Assembly: GCF_018977255.1 (NCBI RefSeq)
Contig: NW_024704742.1
Coordinates: forward strand, 9,178,001-9,242,000
Reading direction: 5' to 3'
DNA: 64,000 bases
DNA from: Callorhinchus milii
Lineage: Eukaryota
Part shown: one piece after another, positions 63,247-64,000 of the stretch
Position numbering within the stretch: position 1 is the first letter of the stretch
Layout: each line of letters begins with the position of its first letter
Translations under genes and position numbers: made by a program
The notes under the pieces: model-generated
Told to the model about the DNA's origin: nothing
The model's database searches: none
Seen by the model: only the letters and a program-made list of their open reading frames with translations

Positions 63247-63629
63247 AGAAGTCTGAATTCACCAATTTACTACTATTCAGTGCGATTCATGTCAGGAGAA
63301 CGTCTCAAAGCACTTCGCAGGATATACTGTAAAGTGGACTGTTTTGTGGGTGAACATGGCAGCCAAATTGCACACAGTAATAATACTAATAATCCTTGCA
63401 TTTGATATAGCACCTTATTACATCATCGACATGTCTCAAATCACTTCACAGGATATACTGTAAAGTGGATTGAAGTTGCATTTTGCGGGCAAGCAGTGTC
63501 CCAAAACAATCGTGGAATAAGTGACCAATTTTATTTGGAGGATTTGTTAGCCAGGAAACTGAGAGAAACTTCCTTCTCTTTTTGAATAGTGGAATATCCT
63601 ACAAGTTGTCAGTTTGCACACAGTGATGA

Positions 63630-63940
63630 CTCACAAACAACCGTGGATTGAGTGACCAATTTTATTTGGGGGATTTGTTGGTCAGGAGACTGGGAGAAAT
63701 GCTCTGCTGTTTTTGAATAGAGCCATGAGATCTTTGGGATCTTTGACATCTATATGAACAGTCAAACAGGACCTTGGTTTAATATCTTACCTGAAGGACA
63801 GCACCTAAAACAATGCAGAACATCCCCAGCACTGCATTGGAGTGTCTGTGTTGACTCTATGCATTCCATGTCTCAATGTGGGGCTTTAACCCACAACCTT
63901 TTGGCTCAGAGGGGAGAGTGCCACCAACTGAGCTCACTGA
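63630..63940 (-). mobile_element. Deu-domain SINE
   Basis: gaccttggtttaatatcttacctgaaggacagcacc core; head cagtgagctcagttggtggcactctcc. A similar segment lies just before it at about 63495-63590. Confidence 0.75.
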
Positions 63941-64000
63941 AAAGTTGTTATAAAATCTGAATTTGGAAATTTAGGTTTCAGACTGTGATTTATGGTCATA

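Overview
Eukaryotic, AT-rich, repeat-dense non-coding DNA (intronic or intergenic) from a vertebrate. The repeat repertoire points by inference to a cartilaginous fish, probably a holocephalan such as the elephant shark. I recognise no host protein-coding gene, rRNA, genuine tRNA gene or CRISPR array; the ORF-track entries I could explain come from repeats and none of the rest resembles a protein I know. The window holds roughly 45 or more copies or fragments of a tRNA-headed SINE with an L2-type 3' tail (family A, long and short forms), about 15 older Deu-domain SINEs (family B), and many decayed L2 and CR1 LINE 3' fragments. It also has one Ingi/Vingi-like LINE C-terminus, a Penelope-like fragment carrying a minimal hammerhead ribozyme, two MITE-like elements, an unclassified repeat of about 430 bp (family U), and a pure (TCTA)n tract of about 260 bp. 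The best leads are the hammerhead, a frame-compatible two-exon candidate on the minus strand in a repeat-poor island (27.7-28.6 kb), family U, and several SINE/L2 chimeras and nestings. I see no convincing wholly new biological system. Repeat boundaries were read by eye (about +/-10-20 nt), family names come from recall rather than a database search, and not every small fragment is listed.
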